64,000 bases of DNA from Squalus acanthias (Eukaryota), in assembly GCA_030390025.1 (NCBI GenBank), contig CM059432.1:71240001-71304000 (forward strand). Direction: 5' to 3'. Made by a program: the position numbers and the translations under genes. The notes under the pieces are model-generated. The model searched no databases and was not told the origin of the DNA. It worked only from the letters and a program-made list of their open reading frames with translations. Shown piece after piece: positions 22,626-35,748 of the stretch (position 1 is the first letter of the stretch; each line of letters begins with the position of its first letter).

Positions 22626-25600
22626 ATCATAAGAACATAAGAAATAGGAGCAGGAATAGGCCACTTGGCCCCTCGTGCCTGCTCCGCCATTCAATAAGAT
22701 CATGGCTGATCTTGGGCTCAAAGCCACTTCCCCGCCCGCTCCCCATAACCCTTCATTCCCTTATCTTGCAAAAATCTGTCTATCTCCACCTTAAATGTAT
22801 TTAATGACCCAGCCTCCACGGCTCTCTGGGGCAGAGAATTCCACAGATTTACGACCATCTGAGAGAAGAAATTCTTCCTCATCTCAGTTTTAAAAGGGTG
22901 ACCCTTGTACGGGGGTGGTGGTTTGTGTTAGCTTCACCTCTGACTTCTGAGCGGCTCGAATCGCTCCCACTCCCTTGGTTCTAGACCTTGGACTTATTTG
23001 GGGGTTGTGACAAAAAGTGCAGCAGACAACTGGTTTTGATGCAAGAACTTTGATCTTTATTCAAGAAAGTAAAACACAACACAAACACTCTTAACACTCT
23101 AAAAGTGGGGAACACTTCGGTACAAGCGAGGGAAATAACATTAGAAGAATACTTCACCCCTCCCAATCCCACTTCACTAGCTAAGTTGGACTCTGGAGAA
23201 CCAGGGATAATGCTCACCAAACGAATCCTTGACAGTTGAGATGGTTCGCGGTTTCGGGGTTCGCTGGATTGGATTTATCGGGTGAGTACCCACTTTTCTT
23301 TGGTTAGAGATAGGGTTTAGAGTCCTTTTAAGTAAAAAGTTTCGTAAGGCCCTTGTTGCCGCGAGGTGTCCGATGGTCACTGGAACTGTTGCTCTGGTTT
23401 CTTCTTGCGTGTTGGCCTGCTTCTGGAGCTGCTGGCCTTCTTTGTTGAACTTCTTTCTGTTGCCCCCTCGCCTTGTTGAACTGTCTTCTTCAGAGCTGTG
23501 GAACTGCCTTCTTGCAAAACTGTAGAACTGCCTTCTGCCTGCTTGTTGAACTTGTTTCTGTTGAACTGTGTACCTGTACTGGAGAACTCGAACTTGAACT
23601 GTTGAGAAGGGGCCTTTAATTATACCCATTGAAGCTTCCTTATCTGCATGCCAAATCAAATCCCGGTCATTGTGAGATTTTGGAGGGATCGTTAACAGTA
23701 ACTGGTTTGTAAATGTGTGAAGTGGTTTCGGGATAGCTCCATCCTGTCGATCTGTTGTTTAATTGTAGTTGAATTGTCCTCATGTTTTGGGTTTCTTGAC
23801 TGGGCCTAGGATTTCTATAGAGTAGGCCGAAGTAATCTGTTTTATGCTTGTCTTTAATGGGCTCTGTAAATTTGGGTGGAGACTGTTTTTCCCCAGGTAT
23901 TGTTAGGATGTTAATGTCTGCTAGGGGCCGATTTAACTCCAAGCGAGGTCATGCGGTTCCCCAGATAGTTCCCATTAACTCCAATATCCAAACTGTCTTT
24001 ACAGAGGTTGAACCCACCTTCCTTTACAGCCTTTTCTCCCTTACAAGTCCAGACATGTCTTTTAAAATACCAAATCTTGGTTTTTGCTCAAAATGTCCTT
24101 CAGTTAGGCCCAATGCACTTCACCACCCTGTACTAGTTAGAAAAGAGTCCAAAGTCTTTTTCCTTAGGGTTTGTCTTCGAGTTTTGGGGGATCTGTGACT
24201 TTTGAGAATCTTACACCCTTTATTCTAAAACTGTGCCCCCGCGTTCTAGATTTCCCCACGAGGGGAAACATCCTCTCTGCATCTACCTTGTCATGCCCCC
24301 TCAGTATCTTATATGTTTCAATAAGATCACCTCTCATTCTTCTAAATTCCAATGAGTATAGGCCCAGCCTGCTCAACTTTTCCTCATAAGTCAACCCAAT
24401 CATCTCTGGAATTAACCTAGTGAATCGTCTCTGAACTGCCTCCAATGCAAATATATCCTTCCTTAAATAAGGAGACCAAAGCTGTACGCAGTACTCAAGG
24501 TGTGGTCTCACCAATACCCTGTACAGTTGTAGCAGAACTTCCCTGCTTTTATACTCCAACCCCTTTGAAATAAAGGCCAACATTCCATTTGCCCTTTTGA
24601 TTACTTGCTGTACCTGCATGCTAACTTTTTGTGTTTCATGCACAAGGACACCCAGGTCCCTCTGAACTGTAGCATTTTGTAATCTCTCTCCATTTAAATA
24701 ATAATTTGCTTTTTTATTTTTCCTGCCAAAGTGTATAACCTCGCACTTTCCCACATTATACTCCATCTACCAAATGTTTGCCCACTCACTTAGCCTGTCT
24801 ATATCCCTTTGCAGGTTCTTTGAGTCCTCTGCACAACTTGCTTTCCCACCCATCTTTGTATCATCCACAAACTTGGCTACATTACACTTGGTCCCTTCAT
24901 CCAAGTCATTAATGTAGATTGTAAATAGTTGAGACCCCAGCACCGATCCCTGTGGCACCCCACTAGTTACCGTTTGCCAACTGGAAAATGACCCATTTAT
25001 CCCGACTCTCTGGTTTCTGTTAGTTAGCCAATTCTCTATCCAATTCCGTGAGCTCTTATCTTATGCAGTAACCTTTTATGTGGCACCTTATCGAATGCCT
25101 TCTGGAAATCCAAATACACCACATCCACTGGTTAACCTTTGTCCACCCTGCTTGTTACCTCCTCAAAGAACTCCAGCAAGTTTGTTAAACATGTTTTCCC
25201 TTTCATAAAACCATGCTGACTCTGCTTGACTGCATTATAATTTTCCAAATGCCCTGCTACTGCTTCCTTAATGAAGGACTCCAGCATTTTCCCAATGACA
25301 GATGTTAGGCTAACTGGTCTATAGTTTCCTGCTTTCTGTCTCTCTCCTTTCTTAAATAGGGGTGTTACATTTGCGGTTTTCCAATCTGCTGGGACCTCTC
25401 CAGAGCCCAGGGAATTTTGGTATATTGCAACCAATGCAGCCACTTCTTTTAAGACCCTGGAATGCAGGCCATCTGGTCCAGGGGACTTGTCATCTTTTAG
25501 TCCCATTATTTTACCAAGTACTATTTCCTTAGCGATAGTGATTGTCTTTAGTTCCCCCCTCCCTGTGGCCCCTTGATTGTCCATTATTGGGATGTTGTAA

Positions 25601-26200
25601 GTGTCTTCTACCGTGAAGACAGATACAAAATATTTGTTCAGAGTCTCTGCCATTTCTCCGTTCCACATTATTAGTTCCCCAGTCTCATCCTCTAAGGGAC
25701 CAACGTTTACTTTAGCTACCCTCTTCCTTTTTATATACCTGTAGAAGCTCTTACTATCTGTTTTAATGTTTCTTGCCAGTTTACTCTCAGAATTCATCTT
25801 CTCTCTCTTTATTTTTTTTTAGTCATCCTTTGCTGGTTTTTAAAAATGTCCCAATCCTCTGGTCTCCCACCAATCTTGGCAACATTGTATGCCTTCGTTT
25901 TCAATTTGATGCCATCCTTTACTTCCTTAGTTAGCCACAGATGGTTCTCCCTTCTCTTAAAATCTTTCTTTCTCACTGGAATATATTTTTGTTGAGAGTT
26001 ATGAAATATCTCCTTAAATGTCCGCCACTGCATTTCAACTGTCTTACCCTTTAATTTATTTTTCCAGTCCATTTTAGCCAGTTCTGCCCTCATGCCACTG
26101 TAATTGCCTTTGTTTAAGATCAGGACACTGGTTTGAGATACAACTTTCTCACCGTCCAACTGAATTTGAAATTCAACCATGCTATGATCACTCTTTCCTA
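22626..26200 (-). mobile_element. 5'-truncated CR1 LINE split by a solo LTR
   Basis: RT ORFs 24164-26213 (SPGPDG, NYRPVSLTS, PQGSVLG, FVDDTK); CATAAGAA tail. Confidence 0.93.
22906..24215 (-). mobile_element. Solo LTR (1310 bp)
   Basis: TGTA...TACA termini; 4-bp TSD CCCT (22902-22905, 24216-24219); CR1 is contiguous once it is removed; minus-strand AATAAA ~23060. Confidence 0.88.
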
Positions 26201-27728
26201 AATTAAAAAGCAAGTTACCTGAAAGTTGTTGATGATCCCTTTAAATAGCGCTGGTGGAGGGTCCTTCCTGCTGCTGAACAAATGTTCAGCTGTGCGAGGT
26301 TAAGAGAGGGCGTTAGCTCCAGCGATGATGAAGAAAACGGCAGTATTGGCGTCAAATCAGCATTGTATGCTGATTGACGTCATGATCAGAAATATATCTT
26401 AAATGTTAGAGTAGCAATTTTCTGTATTCTTCCCCGATTTCCAAAAGTGCACATTGAACAAAAAATGCGACTTAGATTAGAACATGGCATAGCATGCCAT
26501 GGCATAATAATCATTTAATAGTCGTGGAATTGTTAATTTAATTTAATTTTTAAATGTGGAGCTATTTGCTTATAGGTTTCAAATATCTGCATGTCAGACA
26601 ATTCAGTGATATAATTACATCATCCATTTACATATAATATGAACTTGGTTCCATTTACAGTTTGCGCTTTTTTAAGTTAAAATAAATTCAGTAAAAAAAA
26701 ATCTCATTTTAAATGACAATCAGATGAAACAAAACGAGATCATACATAGCAAATCTACACGAGCAGCTGAAATGAGGCACATAAAGGCAAACTGAACCTT
26801 TCCATGCAGCTTGCTTTCATGAACCTCCCCCAGGAATAATCTGCATTTTCAGTACTCCAGAGCTGTTAATCTCTAAATTAATAAAAGAGATATAAATCAC
26901 TGTCATTTTACAAAAAAGACTTGTCAGAAAACCTCAGAAAATTCTCATTTTAAATTGCAACATCAGATTGATATGAACAGTAGGAATTTCAGAAGATGTC
27001 TTATCTATTTCTGAATTCCAAATTAAATTAACTGAGGTCTAAACCACAATTTGAAACATGGAATAAGTAATTACCCTGCATCTTCACTCTGACTACAGCA
27101 ATGGAATTCCTTGCAATTCCTCTTGCTCAACAGTAGCATGAACAGGGACGGTTGGAGAACTTACTCACCTCCTCATAATTCATGGTTACCATGGGTCAAT
27201 GCTAACAATGTTACACAATGGGAATAAACAGTGTGGGGAGAACTCTATCCAACATGCAATTTGCCAGAGTTTGAATAAATGAGACATAGATGATGAATAT
27301 TTAAACAGCTGGATTCCTGCACCGTGATAAAATAGACAGAAGGCATAAAAGCCTGGCAATTATTGACATTAACAGTAACACATGCATTATTCAGGGTTGG
27401 CTGATCAGTACTATTGGAAGTATAGAGCAGCCCATATTTCCCAACCATTTATGGCATCCTCCCAAATTTCTGTTGAGGATGAGTGACTTCTGCGCACTGC
27501 AAGAAGTGGCATTGGGCTTTTTTAGCTTGTTATTGCCAGCAAAATTGGTACTTTAGGGAACGGTGCACCATCTTGTAAGGCTTATGTATTTCAAGTGCAA
27601 TGAATTCCTACTGTTCATATCAATCTGATGTTGCAGCACAGAAAATCAGGCAGGGTGTAAAATGTGCTGCTGATTTACTATCGCCAATTTTGCACTGTCT
27701 CCGAAGACCAATATCACCCCTGCTATAT

Positions 27729-28270
27729 TTTAGAGGGAGAAAGTCGTGTTCGCCAGTAAAGTTACCAGTGTCACCGAAAACTGGAGTTAGCGGTCACTGA
27801 AAATAGCCGCAATGCAAACGGAGCAAAATTCATCTGGGTAATGGAAATTGTTGGCGCAGCCCTTAACTGCTGTGCAATGCCATCCTGGTGGTGTTACTGG
27901 AGGCATCCGACCCGAAGTTTGTGTGTAGGTGCTGCGTTCGAGCCTTGCACAGCCTCTGGAAGCGGGACTGTGGAGCTCACAAGGAATTGTGGATAATGAA
28001 GAGTCCTGAGAATTAAAGGAGCCATGCACTCTGAAGCAATACAAATTAAAATGAAGTGAAACAAAGCAGTTTTCATCCCTTTCTGCCTTTTAAAACATAT
28101 TTAACGTTAAAAAGAAGTCCCAAATGTGAATATTCAGCTCTTAATGCTGAATTCCCTTCCTAACCTCGAAAAATGGGAAGAATGCTTAAGCACTAACACA
28201 AATGGCTTAGCATGCCAGGGAAGGGGCACCCAGGGTCTCACACACAGCTTTGTGCAGGGGGTCAACACTG
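27729..28270 (+). mobile_element. Left end of a Harbinger element, same subfamily as 61632-63800
   Basis: Colinear similarity to 61632-62145, ending in the first codons of the Myb gene. Confidence 0.75.
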
Positions 28271-28271
28271 C

Positions 28272-28887
28272 TGGGGTGATTTTTCCAGCCCTGGGGAGGT
28301 GGGTTTGGAGGCGGGACTGCTAGGACAATGGCAGAATCTGGGGGCGGGTACCCATCCCACCCCAACCCGCCTCCGTGCCATCTTCCCAGGAGGCGGGTAC
28401 CCGACCCGCGCCGGGACCCCTCTCCTGGAGGCGGGAAGGGCATTACAGCCACTTAACTGGATTATCCCCATTTTTCCATCAGAGGTGCGGGCTTCCTGAC
28501 GTCGGGAAACCCCGCCAGGGTCAGCGAGGCGAGCAGTGGGTCTGCGGGGGTCAGAGCGGTTCAAAAGTGTGCTGTGGAGGTGAGTGATGGGTGCAAGTGT
28601 GGAGAGGTAAGTATGTGAGGTGAGTGAAAAGTGTTAAAAAATGTTTCCTTACCTTTGTTTCTTCCTGCAGGCTTCAATCATTGGGGATCCGGAGGCTGCG
28701 GCATCTCAATGGCAGAGATGACAGAATGGCAGCTGCATTCTCCGATGCAACAGCCATCTGCTTTCTGCTCTGAAAATAGGTTTGGTGAGCCTCGAGTACA
28801 AGAACTTACCAGCAACAGAGAATGTCAGTGTTTGACAGCTTCTCAAAGCTGTCAAACGATGACAATTCATCTGTCAAAAAATTTTGA
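28272..28887. mobile_element. Partial Harbinger-type end fragment
   Basis: GGGGTGATTTT start; GTGGGTTTGGAGGCGGG and ACCCGCC motifs shared with the 39480-39690 end. Confidence 0.55.
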
Positions 28888-29115
28888 CTGAGCCTCCACA
28901 GTCCTCTGGGGTAGAGAATTCCAAAGATTCACCACTCTCTGAGTGAAGAAATTTCTCCTCATCTCAGTCCTAAATGGCCGACCCCTTATTCTGAGACTGT
29001 GACCCCTGGTTCTAGACTCCCCAGCCAGGGGAAACATCCTCCCTGCATCTACCTGTAAGAATTTTGCATGTTTCAATGAGATCACCTCTCATTCTTCTAG
29101 ACTCGAGAGAATATA

Positions 29116-32100
29116 AAACATAGAAACATAGAAAAATAGGAGCAGGAGTAGGCCATTCGGCCCTTCGAGCCTGCTCCGCCATTCAATATGATCATGGCTG
29201 ATCCTCTATCTCAATACCATATTCCCGCTCTCTCCCATACCCCTTGATGCCTTTTGTGTCTAGAAATCTATCTATCTCCTTCTTAAATATATTCAGTGAC
29301 TTGGCCTCCACAGCCTTCTGTGGTAGAGAATTCCACAGGTTCACCACCCTCTGAGTGAAGAAATTTCTCCTCATCTCAGTCCGAAATGTCCTACCCCGTA
29401 TCCTGAGACTGAGACCCCTTGCTCTAGACACCCCAGCCAGGGGAAACATCCTCCCTACATCCAGTCTGTCTAGCCCTGTCAGAATTTTATACATTTCAAT
29501 GAGATCCCCTCTCATTCTTCTGAACTCTAGTGAATACAGGCCTAGTCGACCCAATCTCTTCTCATACGACAGTCCTGCCATCCCAGGAATCAGTCTGGTG
29601 AACCTTCGCTGCACTCCCTCTATGGCAAGTATATCCTTTCTTAGGTAAGGAGACCAAAACTGCACACAGTACTCCAGGTGTGGTCTCATCAAGGCCCTGT
29701 ACAACTGCAGTAAGACATCCTTGCTCCTGTACTCAAATCCTCTTGCAATGAAGGCCAACATACCATTTGCCTTCCTAACTGCTTGCTGTACCTGCATGTT
29801 TGCTTTCAGTGACTGGTGTATAAGGACACCCAGGTCCCTTTGTACATCAACATTTCCCAATCCTGTCACCATTTAAATAATACTCTACTTTTCTGTTTTT
29901 CCTACCAAAGTGGATAACTTCACATTTATCCACGTTATACTACATCTGCCATGTATTTGCCCACTCACTTAACTTGTCTAAATCGCCTTGAAGCCTCTTT
30001 GCATCCTCCTCACAACTCACAATCCCACCTAGTTTTGTGTCGTCAGCAAACTTGGAAATATTACATTTAGTTCCCTCATCCAAATCATTGATATATATTG
30101 TGAATAGCTGGGGCCCAAGCACTGATCCCTGCGGTACCCCACTAGTCACCGCCTGCCACCCCGAAAAAGACCCATTTATTCCTGCTCTCTGTTTCCTGTC
30201 TGTTAACCAATTTTCAATCCACGCCAGTATATTACCTCCAATCCCATGTGCTTTAATTTTGCACACTAACCTCTTATGTGGGACTTTATCAAAGGCCTTC
30301 TGAAAATCCAAATACACCACATCCACTGGTTCTCCCTTATCCATTCTACCAGTTACATCCTCAAAAAACTCCATAAATCTATGTTGACTTTGTCTAATCC
30401 CGTTGATATTTTCTAAGTGTCCTGTTATCACATCCTTTATAATAGACTCTAGCATTTTCTCTACTACTGATGTTAGTCTGTAGTTCCCGGTTTTCTCTCT
30501 CCCTCCTTTTTTAAATAGTGGGGTTACATTTGCCACCCTCCAACCTGCAGCAACTGTTCCATAACCTATAGAATTTTGGAAGATGACAGCCAATGCATCC
30601 ACTATTTCCATGGCTACCTCTTTTAGTACTCTGGGATGCAGATTATCAGGCCCTGAGGATTTATTGGCTTTCAGTCCCATTAATTTCTCCAGCACTATTT
30701 TTTTACTAATACTAATTTCCTTTAATTCCTCCTTCTCACTAGACCAGTCTATATGTAGATTAAAGTCACCCATGATTACTGTAGTACCCTTGTTGCATGC
30801 ATCTCTAATTTCCTGTTTGATGCCGTCCCCTCCATTACCACTACTGTTTGGAGGCCTATAGACAACTCCCACCAATGTTTTCTGCCCCTTGGTGCTTCTT
30901 AGCTCCACCCAGACTGATTCTACATCTTGATTTTCTGAGTCAATATTCTTTCTCACTGTTGCTCTGATTTCATCCTTTACTAACAACGCCACCCCACCTC
31001 CTTTTCCTTTTTGCCTGTCCTTCCTAAATATCGAATATCCTTGGATATTCAGCTCCCAGCCTTGGTCACCCTGCAGCCATGTCTCCATAATTACAATTAT
31101 ATCGTATCCGTTTATATCTATTTGCGCTGTTAATTCGTCTACCTTATTACGAATGCTTCATGCATTCAGATACAGTGCCTTTAGATTTGTCTTTTTAACA
31201 TTTTTAGACATCTTAACTTTTTTTGTACTATGGCCCTATTTGTCTTATTACCATTTTTTCTTACCCGGACCCTATTTGTTAGTGCACTCTTTTGTTTGTA
31301 CGCTCTGTCCCTTCCTGACACAATCTGGTTATCCTTATCCCAATCACTTTCCTGCACTGCTTCCTTGTCTTTTCTCTTTCGCATTCTAAATTTCTCTCCA
31401 CCGGGACCCTCCTGCCCCTTATTTAGTTTAAAGCCCTATTTACCTCCCTAGTTATTCGATTCGCTAGAACTCTGGTCCCAGCATGGTTCAGGTGTAGTCC
31501 GTCCTGTAAGGGGTTCGGTTCAGGGTGCTTGTGCGGGGTTAGGCCTTCGTTGCCTAATACTATTGCTTGCTCTGGTCTCCGGCCAGCCTTGTTGCAATAA
31601 GCACCTGTGAGTGGTTCGACCCACTCGCCCTTACGGTTCTAACACTGGACTTAGGTGCGAGAGCAGTAATGCAGAGAAAAACTCAAATAGACCCGGTTGA
31701 ATAGTACGAAATGGAAATCTTTATTGCATAACGTCCAAAATCATGAAGTACATGTCATAGGCACAAATTAATGACAGTACAAGTATACATACATTCATAA
31801 AACTTGGTCTAGGGTAATGAGGAACGCACGGCACATCGTAAAAAGGGGAACACATTATATTTATCCTTAATAAAAACCACCCTCCCCTATGTATACCTAC
31901 ACTAATCTAGATTTGTAGGATCGGGAAACATGCTCACCACTCGTGATACTTCGGAGAATTTTAAACGAGGCACTCAGTTCGTTTCGCTGCAGCGCCTGAC
32001 TGTCACGTGTTTTGAGGGGTCTCTGTACCCCACTTGTTTACTTTCGCTGCTGCTGCAAGCAGGCTGGGCTCCCCGTTGTCATGAAGAACTCGACAGTGCT

Positions 32101-34205
32101 CGGGCCCGGTTCGAAGAAGAGTCTTCCTGTGTCCGACACCGGTTGCCGGTAGAATTCAAAGAAGAGTCTTTGACCAGTTCATGCAGTAACCTGTAGAGTT
32201 CAAAAATGGTCTATATATTTTCGGGCGCGGTCGGGGTTTACTGACCGCGGCGGCACGTGGATTCTTCTTCTTCTCTTCTCATCTCGTCTCGTCTCGTCTC
32301 TTCGGGCCTTCGGGTCCAGAACACCGTTTACCGACCCTCGGGATGGTGCACCCGGTCACTGGCCTTCGTCGAGGCGACTCGTTCCAAATTGAGCTCCACC
32401 CAACATAGGAGAATAAAAGTTCAGCCCCCGTCAAGAGTCAGTTCAAACGAATAAGCCCCGGGAGGATCAGAGGAATAAGAGAGCGATGGACGTTTGTTCA
32501 CTATAGTTATAGTGCTGTGTTCCCTTATCTCCCGCCCAAATCTTAATGTTTGTCCTTTGTGTAATACTGGTGCACAAAACTCCCAGCATGGGGCGATTCT
32601 TTCCTTTAATGGGTTTCGGTAGCACCTTAAACTGGCCAACTATCCGTTAATGTTTTCCCCATTGTCGAACCGGCTAGGAGCCTCCCTGGCGGGGTTTTGG
32701 GGGCCTCCGAATACTTGTGTAAGCACCCGAGAATGGCTCTCTCATTGTAGAGCCGTGGGGAATTTGCGTATTGATGTATCTGGATGGGCCTTCGATTGCC
32801 CATTACAATGGTCCTTACTTGTGCCTGGAAAATGATTCCAGCACTTATATCTCTTGCTATTGTGTCGAATGCAGACAGGTTGCATCCTGTCTTTATCAGT
32901 GTTTGCTGCGTATTAACCAATCTTATACTGAAATGTTTATTCGAACGCCATCTTGTCTGCCCACTGAAAATTCTGGAAGCTTCTGCCACGAGGCGCGGCG
33001 GCCATTTTACAGGCTTCTGTGTCCTGTTTAATCATGACAGCATTTCGTTGAAATAAAACTGATGAAACGAATCTGCTTTATCTCGTTATTTCGAATCGCG
33101 ATAATTGCGAATTTTACAGTCCCAACGGAACAGCTCTCTCTTTCCCCAGTACTGGTGCCAGTGCCCCACGAATCGAAACCCACTTCTCCCACACCAATGT
33201 TTGAGCCACGCACTCATCTTCTTGATCCTATTGACCCTATGCCAATTTGCTCGTTGGTCATGTAATAATCCAGAGATTATTACCTTTGTGGTTCTGCTTT
33301 TTAATTTAGTCCCTAGCTGCTCAAACACTCTCAGAGGAACCTCTTTCTTTGTCCTACCTATGTCGTTGGTACCTACATGGACCACGACAACTGGATCCTC
33401 CCCCTCCTACTCCAAGTTCTTCTCCAGCCCGGAGGAGATGTCCTTTACCCTGGCACCAGGTCGGCTACAAAGCCTTCGGGACTCACGCTCTTGGCTGCAG
33501 AGAACAGTGCCTATCCCCCTAACTATGCTGTCCCCTACCACTACCACATTTCTTTTTACTCTCCCCTCTTGAATGGCTCCCTGTACCACGGTGCTTTGGT
33601 CAGTTTGCTCATCCTCCCTGCAGTCCCTGCTCTCGCCCACACAGAGAGTAAGAACCTCGTAACTGTTGGACAAGAGCAAGGGCTGAGGCTCCTCCACCAC
33701 TACCTCCTGGATCCCCATACCTGCCTCGCTCACAGTCACACCCACCTGTCCCTGACCACGGACCAAATTTGAATTAATTAATCTAAGGGGTGCGACTGCC
33801 TCCTGGAACACAGCGTCCAGGTAACTTTCCCCCTCCCTGATGTGTCACAGTGTTTGAAGCTCAGACTCCAGCTCATCAACACGGAGCCGAAGTTCCTTGA
33901 GCAACCAACACTTACTGCAAATGTGGTTGCCATGGACCTCAATGGTGTCCACCAGCTCCCACATGTTGCAGCAGTAACACATCACCTGCCCTGCCATCTC
34001 TAATGCACTTAATTAATTAAGTGTTTAAGTTTTGAACGTTTAGTTTTTAATCCCGGCTCTTAATTTAAACCAATGCCCAAGAAAACAGAAAAATACTGAC
34101 CAACCAATCACTTCCCTGCTTTCCTGTGACATCAATCCTTGCTTTTTTGTTGTTCTTTAAATCACCTGCTCCCTCACAGGTCGGTCCGCTCCCGCTGCTG
34201 CTCCC
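29116..34205 (-). mobile_element. Near-full-length CR1 LINE with an internal deletion, split by a solo LTR
   Basis: ORF1 esterase (VGDSIVRG, VHVGTNDIG); ORF2 with [11 protein letters not shown] deletion junction ~30745; CATAGAAA tail. Confidence 0.92.
31505..33118 (-). mobile_element. Solo LTR (1614 bp, CpG rich)
   Basis: TGTAA...TTACA termini; TSD GTCC (31501-31504, 33119-33122); minus-strand TATATA ~32215 and AATAAA ~31722. Confidence 0.9.
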
Positions 34206-35748
34206 AATAGCTCCTAGTCTACTCAATTTCTCCTCATAGGACAATCCTCCCATCCCAGGAACCAGTCTGGTGAACCTTCATCGCACTCCCTCTATGACAA
34301 GTATATCCTTCCTTAGGTAAGGAGACCAAAATTGTACACAATACTCCAGGTGTGGTCTCACCAGGGCCCTATATAATTGCAGTTAGATGTGATTACTCTT
34401 ATACTCAAATCCTCTTGTAATAAAGGCCAACATACCATTTGCTTTCCTAGTTGCTTGCCGTACCTGCATGTTAACTTTCAGTGATTCGTGTACAAGGACA
34501 CCCAGGTCCCTCTGAACACCAACATTTCCCAATCTCTCACCATTTAAAAAATACACTGCTTTTCTATTTTTCCTACCAAAGTGGATAACTTCACATTTCT
34601 CAACATTATATTCCATCTGCCATGTTCTTGCCCACTCACTTAACCTGTCTATATCCCCTTGTAGACTCTGCATCCTCCTCACAACTTACATTCCCACCTA
34701 GCTTTGTATCATCAACAAACTTAGATATATTATATTTGGTCCCCTCATCCAAATCATTGATATAGATTGTGAATAGCTGAGGTCCAAGCACTGATCCTTG
34801 CGGTACCCCACATCCTGCCAACCTGAAAATTACCCATTTATTCCTACTCTCTGTTTTCTGTCTGTTAATCAATCCTCAATCCATGCTGGTATATTACCCC
34901 TAATCCCATGAGCCCTAATTTTGTTTAATAACCTCTTGTGTGACACCTTATCGAATGCCTTCTGAAAATCCAAATACACCACATCCACTGGTTCCCCCTT
35001 ATCTATTCTGCTAGTTGCAACCTCAAAAAGCTCTAAAAGATTTGTCAAACACGATTTCCCTTTCATAAATCTGTGTTGACTCTGCCCAATCCTTTTATTA
35101 TTTACTAAGTGCCCTGTTACCATGTCCTTAATAATAAATTCTAGCATTTTCCCTACTACTGATGTCAGGCTAACTGGTCTGTAGTTCCCCGTTTTCTCTC
35201 TCCCTCCTTTCTTAAATAGTGGGGTTACATTTGCTACCTTCTGCGGGAACTGTTCTAGAATCTATGGAATTTTGGAAAATGACAACCAATGCATCCACTA
35301 TCTCTATAGCCGCCTCTTTCAAAACCCTAGGATGTAGGCCATCAGGTCCAGGGGATTTATTGGCTTTCAGTCCCATTAATTTCTCCAGTACTATTTTTTT
35401 ACTAATACTAATTTCTTTCAGTTCCTCATTCTCGCTAGAGCCTTGGTTCTCCACTGTTTCCGGGAAGTTTTTTGCGTCTTCGTCCGTGAAGACAGACACA
35501 AAGGCCGCAAATTTAATTGAGGAGGTGGCTTGGAATCGGGTTGCCTGGTGGGCATCCGCTCCCGAGTTGCAATTTTAATTTAATTGGCCCCTTAAGTTCA
35601 GTGGTGCACGCTGGCCGGTCCAATGACTGGGATCAGGTCTGTTGGTTGCCTCTGATGACGTCATTGGTGCAGATGTTTTTAAGGGGCCCATGCAGCATCA
35701 GCCTTTCATTTCTTGATTCTGCTGGAGTCTGAATGTGGCAAGGCCACA

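Larger units (their letters stand above)
20043..26390. mobile_element. Harbinger deletion derivative interrupted by CR1 22626-26200; right end truncated
   Basis: Left TIR GGCGTAGAAATTCGG; Myb gene on +; transposase N- and C-terminal remnants on -; 26200-26390 matches 63470-63630. Confidence 0.82.

Noticed and set aside
23177..23942. ORFs inside the solo LTR
   Set aside because: Low complexity from the GAACT repeats, with no gag, pol or env motifs.
33044..33071. Hammerhead-like TTCGTT-GAAA-TA-AAA-CTGATGA-AACGAA in the LTR end
   Set aside because: Core-like words are present but stems I and III cannot form.
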